IMG/VR virus record: IMGVR_UViG_3300027969_000092
Span: 2,262-66,261 of that record
Length of the DNA stretch: 64,000 nucleotides
Reading direction: 5' to 3' (one strand)
DNA from: a virus
Below are positions 48,298-58,137 of the stretch, piece by piece. How positions within the stretch are numbered: position 1 is the stretch's first letter; every line of letters starts with the position of its first letter. The notes under the pieces were generated by a model. That model saw only the letters and a list, made by a program, of their open reading frames with translations, ran no database searches and had not been told where the DNA came from. The position numbers and the translations under genes are program-made.

Positions 48298-49134
48298 ATG
48301 CAAAAGATATTAATCATGGGCCTACCTGGCTCAGGCAAGACGTACCTAGCACAGGCCCTCAAAGCCTATTTAGAAGAGCATGGCGAGATGTCATACGCAA
48401 GAGCATTAAACCAATACATGGGCGATTTGAATTGCGTAGTAACCTGGTTTAATGCTGACGAAGTACGTAAGAAGTACAACGATTGGGACTTCTCAAAAGA
48501 AGGTCGTATTCGCCAATCATTAAGGATGGCCGAGTTTGCCTTGTCCGCTGGTGGTGATTATGTGATCTGCGACTTTGTTGCTCCTTTGGTCGAGATGCGT
48601 AACAACTTCAAAGCGCACTGGACAATTTGGATGGACACGATTGATGCCGGACGCTTTGAAGATACCAACAAGGCATTCGTGCCACCAGAGGTATATGACT
48701 TCAGAGTGACGGAGCAAAACTGCGAGAAGTGGGCTGAGTTCATTGGCAACCACATTATTGAGAACCGCAGACGTCCGGTGTTTAACTGGCAAAAGGAAAC
48801 GGTTCAGATGTTGGGTCGTTGGCAACCGTGGCATGCAGGCCACCGCGCCCTATTTGAGCGCTCGATTGCAAAAACGGGGCAAGTGGTAATTCAGATCCGT
48901 GACTGCCAAGGTTGGCAGGGGTCAAACCCATTTGCCATCGAGCAAGTAAAAAGCTATATCAAACGAGATCTAGATCCGTTGTTTCAAGGGCAGTATGAAA
49001 TTCAAGTAGTACCTAACATCGTTAATATTACCTACGGGCGCGATGTGGGCTACAAGATTGAACAGGAAACCTTTGATGATGCAACGCACTCTATCTCTGC
49101 TACAAAGATTCGTAAAGAGCTGGGATTAAAGTGA
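48298..49134 (+). CDS. Adenylylsulfate-kinase-like domain fused to HxGH nucleotidyltransferase
   Basis: MGLPGSGKT, NADEVR, DFS.EGR, ICDFVAP; GRWQPWHAGH ... SISATKIR. Confidence 0.8.
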   Translation: MQKILIMGLPGSGKTYLAQALKAYLEEHGEMSYARALNQYMGDLNCVVTWFNADEVRKKYNDWDFSKEGRIRQSLRMAEFALSAGGDYVICDFVAPLVEMRNNFKAHWTIWMDTIDAGRFEDTNKAFVPPEVYDFRVTEQNCEKWAEFIGNHIIENRRRPVFNWQKETVQMLGRWQPWHAGHRALFERSIAKTGQVVIQIRDCQGWQGSNPFAIEQVKSYIKRDLDPLFQGQYEIQVVPNIVNITYGRDVGYKIEQETFDDATHSISATKIRKELGLK

Positions 49135-49355
49135 ACAAGTATCACGTTAGGTTTAACACCAAGAACGAAGGTTCAAAGTTAGTCTGGCGTATTTTTGAAA
49201 ATGGTGTGGAACATCTTGCGTCAGATGTCCGCATCATTGGCGAAACGTTTACTGAATGCACTGAAGAACACGGGCAGACTAAATGGAACATTGCCTGTAT
49301 GGGCCGGATGGTATGGGACAAAGACGCCGTTGTGATAGTAACTAATAAAGATTAG
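49131..49355 (+). CDS. Hypothetical protein
   Basis: Coupled ORF; WRIFENG...WNIAC.G. Confidence 0.6.
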   Translation: MNKYHVRFNTKNEGSKLVWRIFENGVEHLASDVRIIGETFTECTEEHGQTKWNIACMGRMVWDKDAVVIVTNKD

Positions 49356-49384
49356 GGCGTAAAACCCCAGTTTTTTGCATTAGT
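49355..49384 (+). promoter_or_regulatory. Late promoter GGGCG-N17-GCATTAGT
   Basis: Conserved motif. Confidence 0.75.
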
Positions 49385-49412
49385 ATATACAGGATAAACA
49401 TCGGAGAGATCC

Positions 49413-50459
49413 ATGAAAATAGCTGTATATGCTATTGCGAAAAACGAAGAAAAGCACGTAAAACGCTTCTGTGAGTCAGCTAAAGATGCAGATCTTATAG
49501 TAATTGCTGACACAGGCTCAGAAGACGATACAGTACCATTGGCAAAAGATTGTGGTGCCATAGTGCATGAAATCAACATCACACCCTTTAGGTTTGATGT
49601 GGCCCGTAATGCAGCATTAGCGCTCGTCCCTGCTGACGTGGACATCTGCGTCTCTATGGACCTGGACGAGCTGCTACTGCCAGGGTGGCGAGAAGAGATT
49701 GAAAAGTGCTGGAGCGAAGATATAACCCGTCTTAATATTGGGTTTGACTTTGGTGAGCATCGTGTATTTTATCCATCCAGAGCGCACAATCGCCATGGTT
49801 ACTACTGGAAGTACCCGTGCCATGAGTACATTACTCCTGACATCCGAGTAAAAGACACCTGTGGTCATACATCCTTTGTGATGATGACTCACAAACCAGA
49901 TGATACAAAATCAAGAGGTCAGTATATGGACCTTTTAGAAATGGCAATAAAAGAAGACCCAAATTGCCATCGTAGTTGTTATTACTATGCCAGGGAGCTG
50001 ACCTTTAAGGCACGATGGCAAGAAGCCATTGTAGAACTTAAACGCTACCTTGCACTACCAGCAGCAACCTGGTCATTAGAGCGCAGTCATGTAATGCGAC
50101 TGATTGGGGCTTCATTGGAAAAGACTCAGCAAGATGGCATTGCTTGGTTTCGTAAGGCGGTAGCAGAAGATCCAAACATCCGGGAAAACTGGTTTGATTT
50201 GGCAATGCTTTGTTACGAAAAGCAACGTTGGGCAGAATCATATAGTGCAGGTAAGAACGCAATAGCAATAACGCAAAATACTGCGCAACACACAGGAGCA
50301 CCACAAGCGTGGGGTTTTATGTTACCAGACGTGATAGCCATTGCGGCGTATCACTTAAAGTTTAAAGACGAAGCAATTAAATACGGTGAGATGGCATTAG
50401 AGATGAACCCCACCGACGGACGATTAAAAACTAACCTTAAGTTTTACAAGGAACTATAA
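49413..50459 (+). CDS. Glycosyltransferase family 2 with TPR repeats (protein O-glycosyltransferase-like)
   Basis: IAKNEE, DTGSEDDT, FDVARN, MDLDE, HE, YYAREL TPRs. Confidence 0.88.
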   Translation: MKIAVYAIAKNEEKHVKRFCESAKDADLIVIADTGSEDDTVPLAKDCGAIVHEINITPFRFDVARNAALALVPADVDICVSMDLDELLLPGWREEIEKCWSEDITRLNIGFDFGEHRVFYPSRAHNRHGYYWKYPCHEYITPDIRVKDTCGHTSFVMMTHKPDDTKSRGQYMDLLEMAIKEDPNCHRSCYYYARELTFKARWQEAIVELKRYLALPAATWSLERSHVMRLIGASLEKTQQDGIAWFRKAVAEDPNIRENWFDLAMLCYEKQRWAESYSAGKNAIAITQNTAQHTGAPQAWGFMLPDVIAIAAYHLKFKDEAIKYGEMALEMNPTDGRLKTNLKFYKEL

Positions 50460-51796
50460 TGGCTCAAACAGGCTACACACCCATTCAGCTTTACCACAGC
50501 ACGACCGCACTGTCGGTGCCGCTTGCTGCGGACTTAGAAACAGGCGAATTGGCGCTCAACGTAGCAGACGGAAAGCTATACTACAAAGACGGCGGCGGAG
50601 CTGTCCAATTACTTACCTCCGCTGGTACCGGTGGCGGTACAGTAACCAGCGTATCAGGTTCAGGTGGCACTACGGGGCTTACATTGTCTGGTGGCCCAAT
50701 CACCAACTCTGGCACACTAACCCTTAGTGGCACGTTAAATATTCTTAATGGTGGTACAGGCCAAACAACAGCCAATGCCGCACTTAATGCACTTATTCCA
50801 TCACAAGCAACTAACTCTGGTAAGTTTCTAACTACCGATGGTACCAATACATCTTGGGCCACAGTTGGTGGTGGCGGTGGTGGCGTAACGGCAGTTAACG
50901 CAGCATTCCCAATCACTGTAACTGGTTCTACAACCCCAACCATTGGTTTAGCAAACGGCGCTGGAGCAGTCACTGGTTCTACAGGAACCGGCGCAATGGT
51001 GTGCAACATTTCACCAACATTAGTAACCCCAGCCCTTGGCACACCTAGCGCATTGGTGCTTACCAACGCCACTGGATTGACATCAACACAAGTTACTACT
51101 GCACTTACGTACACACCTCCGCAACCAAACGGCACTGGAGCATCCGGTACTTGGGGCATTAATATTAGTGGTACTGCGGCAAGTGCATCTTTTGCAACTT
51201 CCGCTGGCAGTGCTACAACAGCTGCTAGCGCAACAACAGCAGGTAGTGCAACAACAGCAACAACCGCGACCAACCAATCTGGCGGTTCTGTCAATGCCAC
51301 AACAGTTGTAGCCTCTGGATATATTACAGGTAATTCAGGCGGCTTTTCTAGACTCGGCGATAATTCCGTTTTCATGTACAACTCAGGTACAAACCATTAT
51401 AACAATGGTTCTCAATTTGGTTGGATTGCTAATAGTGGCCCCACTGTTGCAGCTTTGACCAACACGGGTGCTATGTATAACTTAACAGGCACATACGGTA
51501 CTATTTCTGATTCCAGAATAAAAGAAAACATTGTTCCTGCAAGAAATTATTTAGATAGCCTTTGCCAGTTAAATGTGGTTAATTACAATCTAGTTAATAA
51601 CCCACAAAAAATGCTTGGTTTTGTTGCACAACAAGTGGAAACCGTAATGCCGGGGTTAATAGAAACTTCTCAAAACGATTACTACAATATTGCAGATTTT
51701 AAATCTGTTAAAACATCTGTAATGGTTCCAATGCTAGTTCAAGCTATTCAAGAACTCAAAGCTGAGATTGATGCCCTGAAAGCGGCACAACAATGA
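50459..51796 (+). CDS. Tail fibre with C-terminal peptidase S74 intramolecular chaperone
   Basis: N-terminal GELALNVADGKLYYK; SDSRIKENI, GFVAQQV, LVQAIQELKAE. Confidence 0.85.
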   Translation: MAQTGYTPIQLYHSTTALSVPLAADLETGELALNVADGKLYYKDGGGAVQLLTSAGTGGGTVTSVSGSGGTTGLTLSGGPITNSGTLTLSGTLNILNGGTGQTTANAALNALIPSQATNSGKFLTTDGTNTSWATVGGGGGGVTAVNAAFPITVTGSTTPTIGLANGAGAVTGSTGTGAMVCNISPTLVTPALGTPSALVLTNATGLTSTQVTTALTYTPPQPNGTGASGTWGINISGTAASASFATSAGSATTAASATTAGSATTATTATNQSGGSVNATTVVASGYITGNSGGFSRLGDNSVFMYNSGTNHYNNGSQFGWIANSGPTVAALTNTGAMYNLTGTYGTISDSRIKENIVPARNYLDSLCQLNVVNYNLVNNPQKMLGFVAQQVETVMPGLIETSQNDYYNIADFKSVKTSVMVPMLVQAIQELKAEIDALKAAQQ

Positions 51797-52026
51797 ACAT
51801 GCAAGATATATTTAACATTGCAATACCAGTCATTTGTAGTATTCTTGGCTGGTTTTGCAGAGAGCTTTGGACGGCAGTCCAAGAACTTAAACAAGATCTG
51901 GCTAAACTGCGCGAAGAGTTACCAACGCACTATGTATCAAAAGACGATTTTAATGACCGCTGGAATGAGGTGTTAAAAGCCCTTCATCGTATTGAAGATA
52001 AACTAGATAAAAAAGTAGATAGATAA
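51793..52026 (+). CDS. Single-TM coiled-coil lysis-module protein
   Basis: TM followed by YVSKDDF...RIEDKLD. Confidence 0.6.
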   Translation: MNMQDIFNIAIPVICSILGWFCRELWTAVQELKQDLAKLREELPTHYVSKDDFNDRWNEVLKALHRIEDKLDKKVDR

Positions 52027-52032
52027 CTATGT

Positions 52033-52488
52033 ATGCCACCAGATCCGTTTGGAATTACAGAAGGAGCAAAGACTCTTACAGGTAGCCTTGACGCATCAAG
52101 AGAAGGCGCTAAACAACTAACCAAAAGCATTGAAGGCATACAGCAAGACGCCACCGATGTAGCCCAACAAAAAGCCCAAGAGCGCCGCAGAGCTGCCCGT
52201 GAGGCTGAAATCAAAAAGCAAAACGCCCTCATCAAAGCACTAGATGAGTGGAAACGCAAAAAACAAATCTCCGACGAGGAGGCAAAACTCAAAATAGACT
52301 TCGTAAGGAAGTATGGTGCAAAGGAGTGGGATGCCCTACTCAAAATAAAACTAGACATCGAGAATCTAGAGAGGAAAAATAATGAAGAGTTTCAACACGA
52401 TCTTAAAGCAGTGCGTAGAGTTCAGTTCTACTGTTTTGCAGCGGCTGCGTTCATTGCTTGGTACCTTACTTGGGGCCATAAAGGCTAA
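52033..52488 (+). CDS. Coiled-coil protein with C-terminal TM
   Basis: Composition; lysis module position. Confidence 0.55.
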   Translation: MPPDPFGITEGAKTLTGSLDASREGAKQLTKSIEGIQQDATDVAQQKAQERRRAAREAEIKKQNALIKALDEWKRKKQISDEEAKLKIDFVRKYGAKEWDALLKIKLDIENLERKNNEEFQHDLKAVRRVQFYCFAAAAFIAWYLTWGHKG

Positions 52489-52493
52489 GTTAA

Positions 52494-52901
52494 ATGTTCG
52501 GAATTGATGACATTATTGGTGCCGGTCTTAAGATTATCGACAAGGTAATCCCAGACCCGGCAGCCAAGGCAGCAGCACAACTAGAGCTACAGAAGATTGC
52601 CAACGAGGGCAAGTTAGCAGAACTACAAGCTGACATGAACGAGCAGAACAACATCTCTGATCGTTGGAAAGCCGACCTTGCTTCAGACTCTTGGCTATCT
52701 AAAAACATTCGACCTATGAGCCTTATTGCCATCTTTACTGGTTATTTCTTGTTTGCCATGATGTCGGCCTTTGGTTATGAGGCAAATGAAGCCTATGTAA
52801 CCCTATTAGGTAACTGGGGCATGCTCGTCTTTGGGGCGTATTTTGGATCACGTAGCCTAGAGAAAGTAGCTCAAATGAAATATAAGGCAGAAGATAAATG
52901 A
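52494..52901 (+). CDS. Holin of 3TMs (GTA-type)
   Basis: IDKVIPDP, RWKAD..SDSWLSKNIRP, YFGSRSLEK. Confidence 0.8.
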   Translation: MFGIDDIIGAGLKIIDKVIPDPAAKAAAQLELQKIANEGKLAELQADMNEQNNISDRWKADLASDSWLSKNIRPMSLIAIFTGYFLFAMMSAFGYEANEAYVTLLGNWGMLVFGAYFGSRSLEKVAQMKYKAEDK

Positions 52902-53128
52902 TAGCAAAAGAATCAGTACCTGGGTTTGTAACTGTTACGGTAACCCTGACCCTTTGCGTTGTAGTTTGTGGCATGATTGGCGGAATGTTAGTTGGACTAT
53001 TTGACGACAACATCAACAACGACAAAATATTTGAAGCCATTACGCCAGCGTTCCAGACCATTATTGGTGGGTTCATTGGTCTAATTACTGGCATTAAAAT
53101 AGGACAAGATAGTAATGAATCTGAGTGA
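52898..53128 (+). CDS. Two-TM membrane protein (holin-like)
   Basis: Two hydrophobic helices, PAFQTIIGGFIG. Confidence 0.55.
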   Translation: MIAKESVPGFVTVTVTLTLCVVVCGMIGGMLVGLFDDNINNDKIFEAITPAFQTIIGGFIGLITGIKIGQDSNESE

Positions 53129-53543
53129 GCATTTTACAATTGAAGAACTTACCCATACAGACCATCGCGAGTTTGATAATACTCCTAATGATAGTGAACT
53201 GGCCAATTTGACCAGACTAGCTGCCTTCTTAGAACAAGTAAAGACTGTTCTTGGTGGCAAGCCCATTATGGTCAATAGCGCATTTAGGTCTAAGAAAGTC
53301 AACGATGCTGTAGGATCTAAAGATACCAGCCAGCACCGTATTGGTTGTGCAGCGGACATCCGTGTACCTGGGATGACCCCAGACGAGGTAGTTCGTGCTG
53401 TTATTGCATCGGGGATTGAATATGATCAAGTTATTCGAGAATTTGACCGTTGGACACATATTAGTGTGCCTAATACTACTGGCGGCAAGCCTCGCAGACA
53501 AGCTCTTATTATAGACAAAGCCGGAACTCGCACATTTACTTAA
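53115..53543 (+). CDS. Peptidase M15 endolysin
   Basis: LSEHFTIEEL, NSAFRS..VN.AVG....SQHRIGCAADI, WTHIS. Confidence 0.9.
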   Translation: MNLSEHFTIEELTHTDHREFDNTPNDSELANLTRLAAFLEQVKTVLGGKPIMVNSAFRSKKVNDAVGSKDTSQHRIGCAADIRVPGMTPDEVVRAVIASGIEYDQVIREFDRWTHISVPNTTGGKPRRQALIIDKAGTRTFT

Positions 53544-53576
53544 GTTTGTGATATAGTCACAAACCTGGAGGAAAAT

Positions 53577-54110
53577 ATGATTAAGACAATCACAGCTTGT
53601 CTGTGCTCGGCTGTCATCGTGTTCGGCTCAGTAACATACGACCCGTTTAGCACATGGCTAATACAGTATGAAAAGAAGTTTGAATGGGTGGCAGAGTCAA
53701 CCATTGAACTCATCACCGGCTTTGAGGGCAAGCGCTACAAAGCCTATATTGATGGCGCCGGAAGGTGGACCATTGGCGTTGGGCACATGATACTGCACAG
53801 AGAGTCCCATATGCTGCACAGGGAGCTTTCTGAAGAGGAGGTAAGGGGTATCCTACACTCCGACCTTAAAAAGTGCTCAGATGCCCTAGAATCGGCTGTA
53901 AAGGTGCCTGTTACCAGGACCCAAGCTGACGCTATGCACAGCCTATGCCATAACATCGGTCCAGACCGGATGGTTAAGTCGGACGTGGTAAAGCACTTAA
54001 ACGATGGAAACATATACAAAGCCGCAGACGCTTTTATGAACTGGAGTAATCCAAGTCAGTTAAAGCAACGGCGTAAAGCCGAAAGGGCTTTGTTTTTAGC
54101 TGGAATTTAG
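53577..54110 (+). CDS. GH24 lysozyme with N-terminal hydrophobic (SAR-like) segment
   Basis: FEG....AYID..G.WTIGVGH (E-8-D-5-T triad), RRKAERALF. Confidence 0.88.
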   Translation: MIKTITACLCSAVIVFGSVTYDPFSTWLIQYEKKFEWVAESTIELITGFEGKRYKAYIDGAGRWTIGVGHMILHRESHMLHRELSEEEVRGILHSDLKKCSDALESAVKVPVTRTQADAMHSLCHNIGPDRMVKSDVVKHLNDGNIYKAADAFMNWSNPSQLKQRRKAERALFLAGI

Positions 54111-54139
54111 GGCGCAAATGTGCCCTTTTTTGCATTAGT
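54110..54139 (+). promoter_or_regulatory. Late promoter fused with terminator hairpin
   Basis: GGGCGC-AAAT-GTGCCC-TTTTTT-GCATTAGT. Confidence 0.75.
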
Positions 54140-54188
54140 GTATATAGGGACTGATCACCCAAACTAACCAATTACTCGAGGAAATATC

Positions 54189-54821
54189 ATGGAAGGCTTT
54201 AAGAACACCACTAAAATTCAATACTTCAAAGAAGGCGGATTCGTCACTAAGAAGGAATTTACTAAATACGAGAAAAAAGAAGACAAGTCTGAAGTTAAAG
54301 CTGACATGGCTAAAGATAAGCAACTCGTTAAAAAAGGTGTTAGCCAGCATGAGTCATTCCTCCATAAGGGCGAGCCAAAGACTGAGTTAAAACTCAAGCA
54401 AGGCGGTCGTGCCAAAAAAGACTGCGGTACTGTTAAGAAGTACAAAGCTGGCGGTAACGTATCTAATGTATACGAAGCCAAAAAAGACTCTGGCGACAAA
54501 GACGCCATCAGAAAAGTAAAAGATATTAAGCCTACAATGTTGTGTGGTGGTAAGTCAGTTAAAAAATACCAAGCCGGTGGTATGGTATCCGTAGACCAGA
54601 AATTGGCAGCTCTTGAGCAGCAACGTGCTATGGAAAAAATGAAACGTGCCAAAATGCTTGGCGCCGCTCAGCAAAGCGAACTCATCAAACAAAGCCCTGC
54701 AGCAGCTGGTTTAACTCCCCCTGCAGCAGCTGGTTTACCTGCAGCAGCCCCATCTGCGCCAACGGCTGATGTGAATGGTATGCCAATGAAAAAGGGTGGT
54801 AAAGCTGCAAAAAAGTGCTAA
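54189..54821 (+). CDS. Lys-rich internal virion protein with repeated xxGG motifs
   Basis: FKEGG, LKQGG, YKAGG, LCGG, YQAGG, MKKGG. Confidence 0.65.
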   Translation: MEGFKNTTKIQYFKEGGFVTKKEFTKYEKKEDKSEVKADMAKDKQLVKKGVSQHESFLHKGEPKTELKLKQGGRAKKDCGTVKKYKAGGNVSNVYEAKKDSGDKDAIRKVKDIKPTMLCGGKSVKKYQAGGMVSVDQKLAALEQQRAMEKMKRAKMLGAAQQSELIKQSPAAAGLTPPAAAGLPAAAPSAPTADVNGMPMKKGGKAAKKC

Positions 54822-54997
54822 GCGGCGCTAATAAAAGCGTCGCTAAGAAAATGCAAGCTGGTGGATTAACAAGCGCCGTTCCAATGCAGCAACAACTAGG
54901 CGTTGGTGCAGCCAGCCCATCTGGTGATATGGGTGTAGCAGCCCCCGGTGCAGCATACACACCTGGCAAAGGCCCAAACATTCGAGTAGGATACTAA
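54815..54997 (+). CDS. Small protein with MQAGG motif
   Basis: Overlap-coupled ORF carrying the same motif. Confidence 0.45.
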   Translation: MLSGANKSVAKKMQAGGLTSAVPMQQQLGVGAASPSGDMGVAAPGAAYTPGKGPNIRVGY

Positions 54998-54998
54998 T

Positions 54999-55166
54999 AT
55001 GCCATACGAATCAAAAGCACAAAAAGGCGCAATGTACGCCGCAGCAGCCGGTAAGTCAACCCTTGGCATCCCTAAAAAGGTTGGCAAGGAGTTTGTAAAA
55101 GCTGGTCCTGCATCAAACAAACTCCCAAATAAAGTGCCTAAGCGAGCAGCTGGCAGAGGACGTTAA
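54999..55166 (+). CDS. Small basic protein (55 aa; not in ORF track)
   Basis: [35 protein letters not shown]... Confidence 0.7.
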   Translation: MPYESKAQKGAMYAAAAGKSTLGIPKKVGKEFVKAGPASNKLPNKVPKRAAGRGR

Positions 55167-55168
55167 GA

Positions 55169-56248
55169 ATGGCCTACTCCGGCACCTATAATAAAACCAA
55201 GATAACAGTAGACCAACTGGTCTCGTATGCGTATCGTGACGCAGGAAGAACTGCGGAAGAAATTACTCCGGAGTATTCTGATGCTGGTAAGCAAGCATTG
55301 TTCTACATCTTGCAAAACTCTGCTAACCGTGGCATTAATATTTGGCTACAACAAAACGTAGTCCTTGGTGCACAGACCAATCAGCAATGGTTGACTATGC
55401 CAGCAAACTGCGTAGATGTCTTGGAAGCTAACTGGGTATACATTGTTAACCCGTCTATTACTGCAGCTCTGCCGTTGACTAGCGTTGATGCGTATGCTTT
55501 GTTTGATCAAACAGACAACGCAGACCTTGAGCTACATGCTACATCTACGTTAACAGATAACTACTTTGGTGCATCATATAGCGAAGGCACACGTATCTTT
55601 TACGTTGGTTTTAATGCGTATGCTCCAGCTGGTGCAGCAGATTACAGTTTAGATTTAGAAGTAACTAACGATGGTGTTACTTGGACTACTTGGGAATCAT
55701 TCCCAACACAAACACTATCAGACCGTCAGTGGGCTTACTTCACCATTAACGCAACCCAAGAGTTTTATGGTTTCCGTTTAAAGAACCGCGAAACTACATC
55801 CACATTCTCTCTTCGTGCTATTCAGTTTGCACAGAGCCAGCAAGTTATTCCACTGTCCCGTTTAAACCGTACAGACTACTGGAATCTACCAAACAAGCAA
55901 TTCCAAAGTCAACGTTCACTGCAATACTGGTTTAATCGTCAGATTGATCCCCAAATGTACCTGTGGCCAGTGCCAAACAATAACTACCAAGTATTCCAGT
56001 TAATACTAGACATTCAACCACAAGACGTTGGAACACTTACTAACGAACTGTATTTACCAGATCGTGTTATTCCGTATATCCAAGCTGCGTTGTCCCATAA
56101 GGTTGCTATGCAGTTACCTGGGATTGACCTTGGTCGTGTGGGTTATTTAGAAAAGCTGGCATTGCAAGCCCGTACAGAGTTTGAAGAAGAGGATCGTGAC
56201 AAGTCACCGATCTATTTCCAACCTAACTATAGTTACTACACACGATGA
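55169..56248 (+). CDS. Head-tail adaptor-like protein with inserted beta domain
   Basis: ANRGINIW, LNRTDY.NLPNK, YLWPVP, EEEDRDK. Confidence 0.65.
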   Translation: MAYSGTYNKTKITVDQLVSYAYRDAGRTAEEITPEYSDAGKQALFYILQNSANRGINIWLQQNVVLGAQTNQQWLTMPANCVDVLEANWVYIVNPSITAALPLTSVDAYALFDQTDNADLELHATSTLTDNYFGASYSEGTRIFYVGFNAYAPAGAADYSLDLEVTNDGVTWTTWESFPTQTLSDRQWAYFTINATQEFYGFRLKNRETTSTFSLRAIQFAQSQQVIPLSRLNRTDYWNLPNKQFQSQRSLQYWFNRQIDPQMYLWPVPNNNYQVFQLILDIQPQDVGTLTNELYLPDRVIPYIQAALSHKVAMQLPGIDLGRVGYLEKLALQARTEFEEEDRDKSPIYFQPNYSYYTR

Positions 56249-56865
56249 GCGGCGCATACGTAATGACCTATGACAACCTGGTTCAGGATGTCAAAAATTA
56301 CATGGAGCGGGATGATGCTGGATTTATTGCGCAGATTCCTAATCTAATTGGTTTAGCAGAGTCTGCCATTGCGGCAGAGCTAAAAACATTGCTCCAATTA
56401 ACCGTTGTGGAGACAACATTAGCAGTTAACCAGGTGGTGCTTAACAAGCCAGCTCGTTGGCGTAAGACAGTCTCCATGAAGGCCAATGGACGACCATTGT
56501 TACTTCGTTCACAGGACTATGTGGCACAGTACCAGTCAGAGTCTGACGCTAGCACAGTCAAATACTACGCTGAGTACGACTACAACAACTTTGCGTTTGC
56601 TCCTGCACCAGCTGCAGAGACACCAATTGAAATCATTTATTACAGTGAAATTCAGCCGTTAGATACTACCAACCAACAAAACCTATTCACCCGTGAGTGC
56701 CCACAGGCCATGTTATTTGGCACTTTGTTGCAAGCTCAGGGCTATTTGAAGGCACTTGATAAACTGCCTGTTTGGAAATCATACTATACCGATTCATTGA
56801 ACGCACTGAAAAAAGAAGACAATTCACGTCGTGTGGATCGCAACACTACTATTCAAGAGCCCTAA
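56245..56865 (+). CDS. Adaptor/tail tubular-like protein
   Basis: TYDNL...VKNYMERDD, IGLAE, P..LFGTLLQA..YLK. Confidence 0.6.
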   Translation: MSGAYVMTYDNLVQDVKNYMERDDAGFIAQIPNLIGLAESAIAAELKTLLQLTVVETTLAVNQVVLNKPARWRKTVSMKANGRPLLLRSQDYVAQYQSESDASTVKYYAEYDYNNFAFAPAPAAETPIEIIYYSEIQPLDTTNQQNLFTRECPQAMLFGTLLQAQGYLKALDKLPVWKSYYTDSLNALKKEDNSRRVDRNTTIQEP

Positions 56866-56868
56866 TCT

Positions 56869-58137
56869 ATGTCCACTACATTTACCTCGCCGTTTACCGG
56901 CACCGTTGTTGTACCAACAGACGTATCGTACTACGCCTTAGATTTTGCAACAGACACCGAACTATACTGGCCTGCAGTTGTTAATCCAACTCAAGTACCT
57001 GCAGCCCGTATCATGGACTGCACACCGTCAACTTTTGGCTTGACAATCTTTTTACCACAAGGTGATCAGGGTTCCGTTGGCTCAGACATTCTTATTCGTA
57101 ACTTTGGTGCCAACTCATTTATTGTAGCGGACTTTACTGGCGGAGCTTCAATAACAGTAGACCCAGGTATTGCAATTTATTTCTATCTGTCGGATAATAC
57201 TACTGCCGCTGGTGTATGGCAAAACGTTACATTTGGTGCTGGTACATCCTCAGCGGATGCCGCAACACTGCAAGGCGCTGGCCTTACCACTATTGCTGGT
57301 AAGCTGGCAGTAACATCCAATATCTCTCGTGTATCCACAGTACCGACACTCTCTGATTCTAGCCGTGCCACTTCGTTTATCTGGGAAGGTGGTAACAATA
57401 CTTGGAGTTTACCAAGTTCTGTTGGTCTATCAACCGGCTGGTGGATTGCGTTTAGAAACAACGGCACTGGTGCATTAACTATTCAGCCACAGGGCATCTC
57501 ACTTATCAACGGTGAGAGCAACATTATTGCCAACCCAGGGGACTCTGGTTATGTGATGTATGAGCAGTCTACGGGTAACTTCTTTACCATTGGCTACACA
57601 ATTCCAGCTAACGTTACATTTACTGCGGCTACCTATGACGTAGATAGTATTGTTGGCAGCACGTTGAACCTTGTGTCCTATGCACCAATTATTCAAACAT
57701 ATGTAGCCCTATCTGGAACACGTACAAGCACATTGAACGTGGTATTGCCTGCTATTACCCAGATGTATGTGTTGGTTAACAAAGTGCCTGTAGGTACCTA
57801 CAGCACGATTACATTCCAAATCTCTGGTAGCGGTGGCCCATCGTTCTCATTGGCTGGTAATCAAGTCGCTACAGTTATCAGTGATGGCAACACTATTTTC
57901 TCATTGACTAGTGCAACGGTAGACTCATTTTACGCAATTAATGGAACAGCAAGTTCACCTCCGTTCTCATTCCTATCAGATACTAACACCGGCATGTACT
58001 TAGTTGGTGCTAACGTTTTAGGTTTAACAGCAAACGGCACACAAATAATGAGGCTTGATAACTCAAACCTATCAGATCCACAAGTGGTGACTCCTGCTAC
58101 ATTTACGGCGGGCTTAATTAGCGGCGGTTCGTTCTGA
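56869..58137 (+). CDS. Tail structural/fibre protein
   Basis: Thr/Ser-rich beta protein; GTASSPPFSFLSDTNTGMY motif. Confidence 0.6.
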   Translation: MSTTFTSPFTGTVVVPTDVSYYALDFATDTELYWPAVVNPTQVPAARIMDCTPSTFGLTIFLPQGDQGSVGSDILIRNFGANSFIVADFTGGASITVDPGIAIYFYLSDNTTAAGVWQNVTFGAGTSSADAATLQGAGLTTIAGKLAVTSNISRVSTVPTLSDSSRATSFIWEGGNNTWSLPSSVGLSTGWWIAFRNNGTGALTIQPQGISLINGESNIIANPGDSGYVMYEQSTGNFFTIGYTIPANVTFTAATYDVDSIVGSTLNLVSYAPIIQTYVALSGTRTSTLNVVLPAITQMYVLVNKVPVGTYSTITFQISGSGGPSFSLAGNQVATVISDGNTIFSLTSATVDSFYAINGTASSPPFSFLSDTNTGMYLVGANVLGLTANGTQIMRLDNSNLSDPQVVTPATFTAGLISGGSF

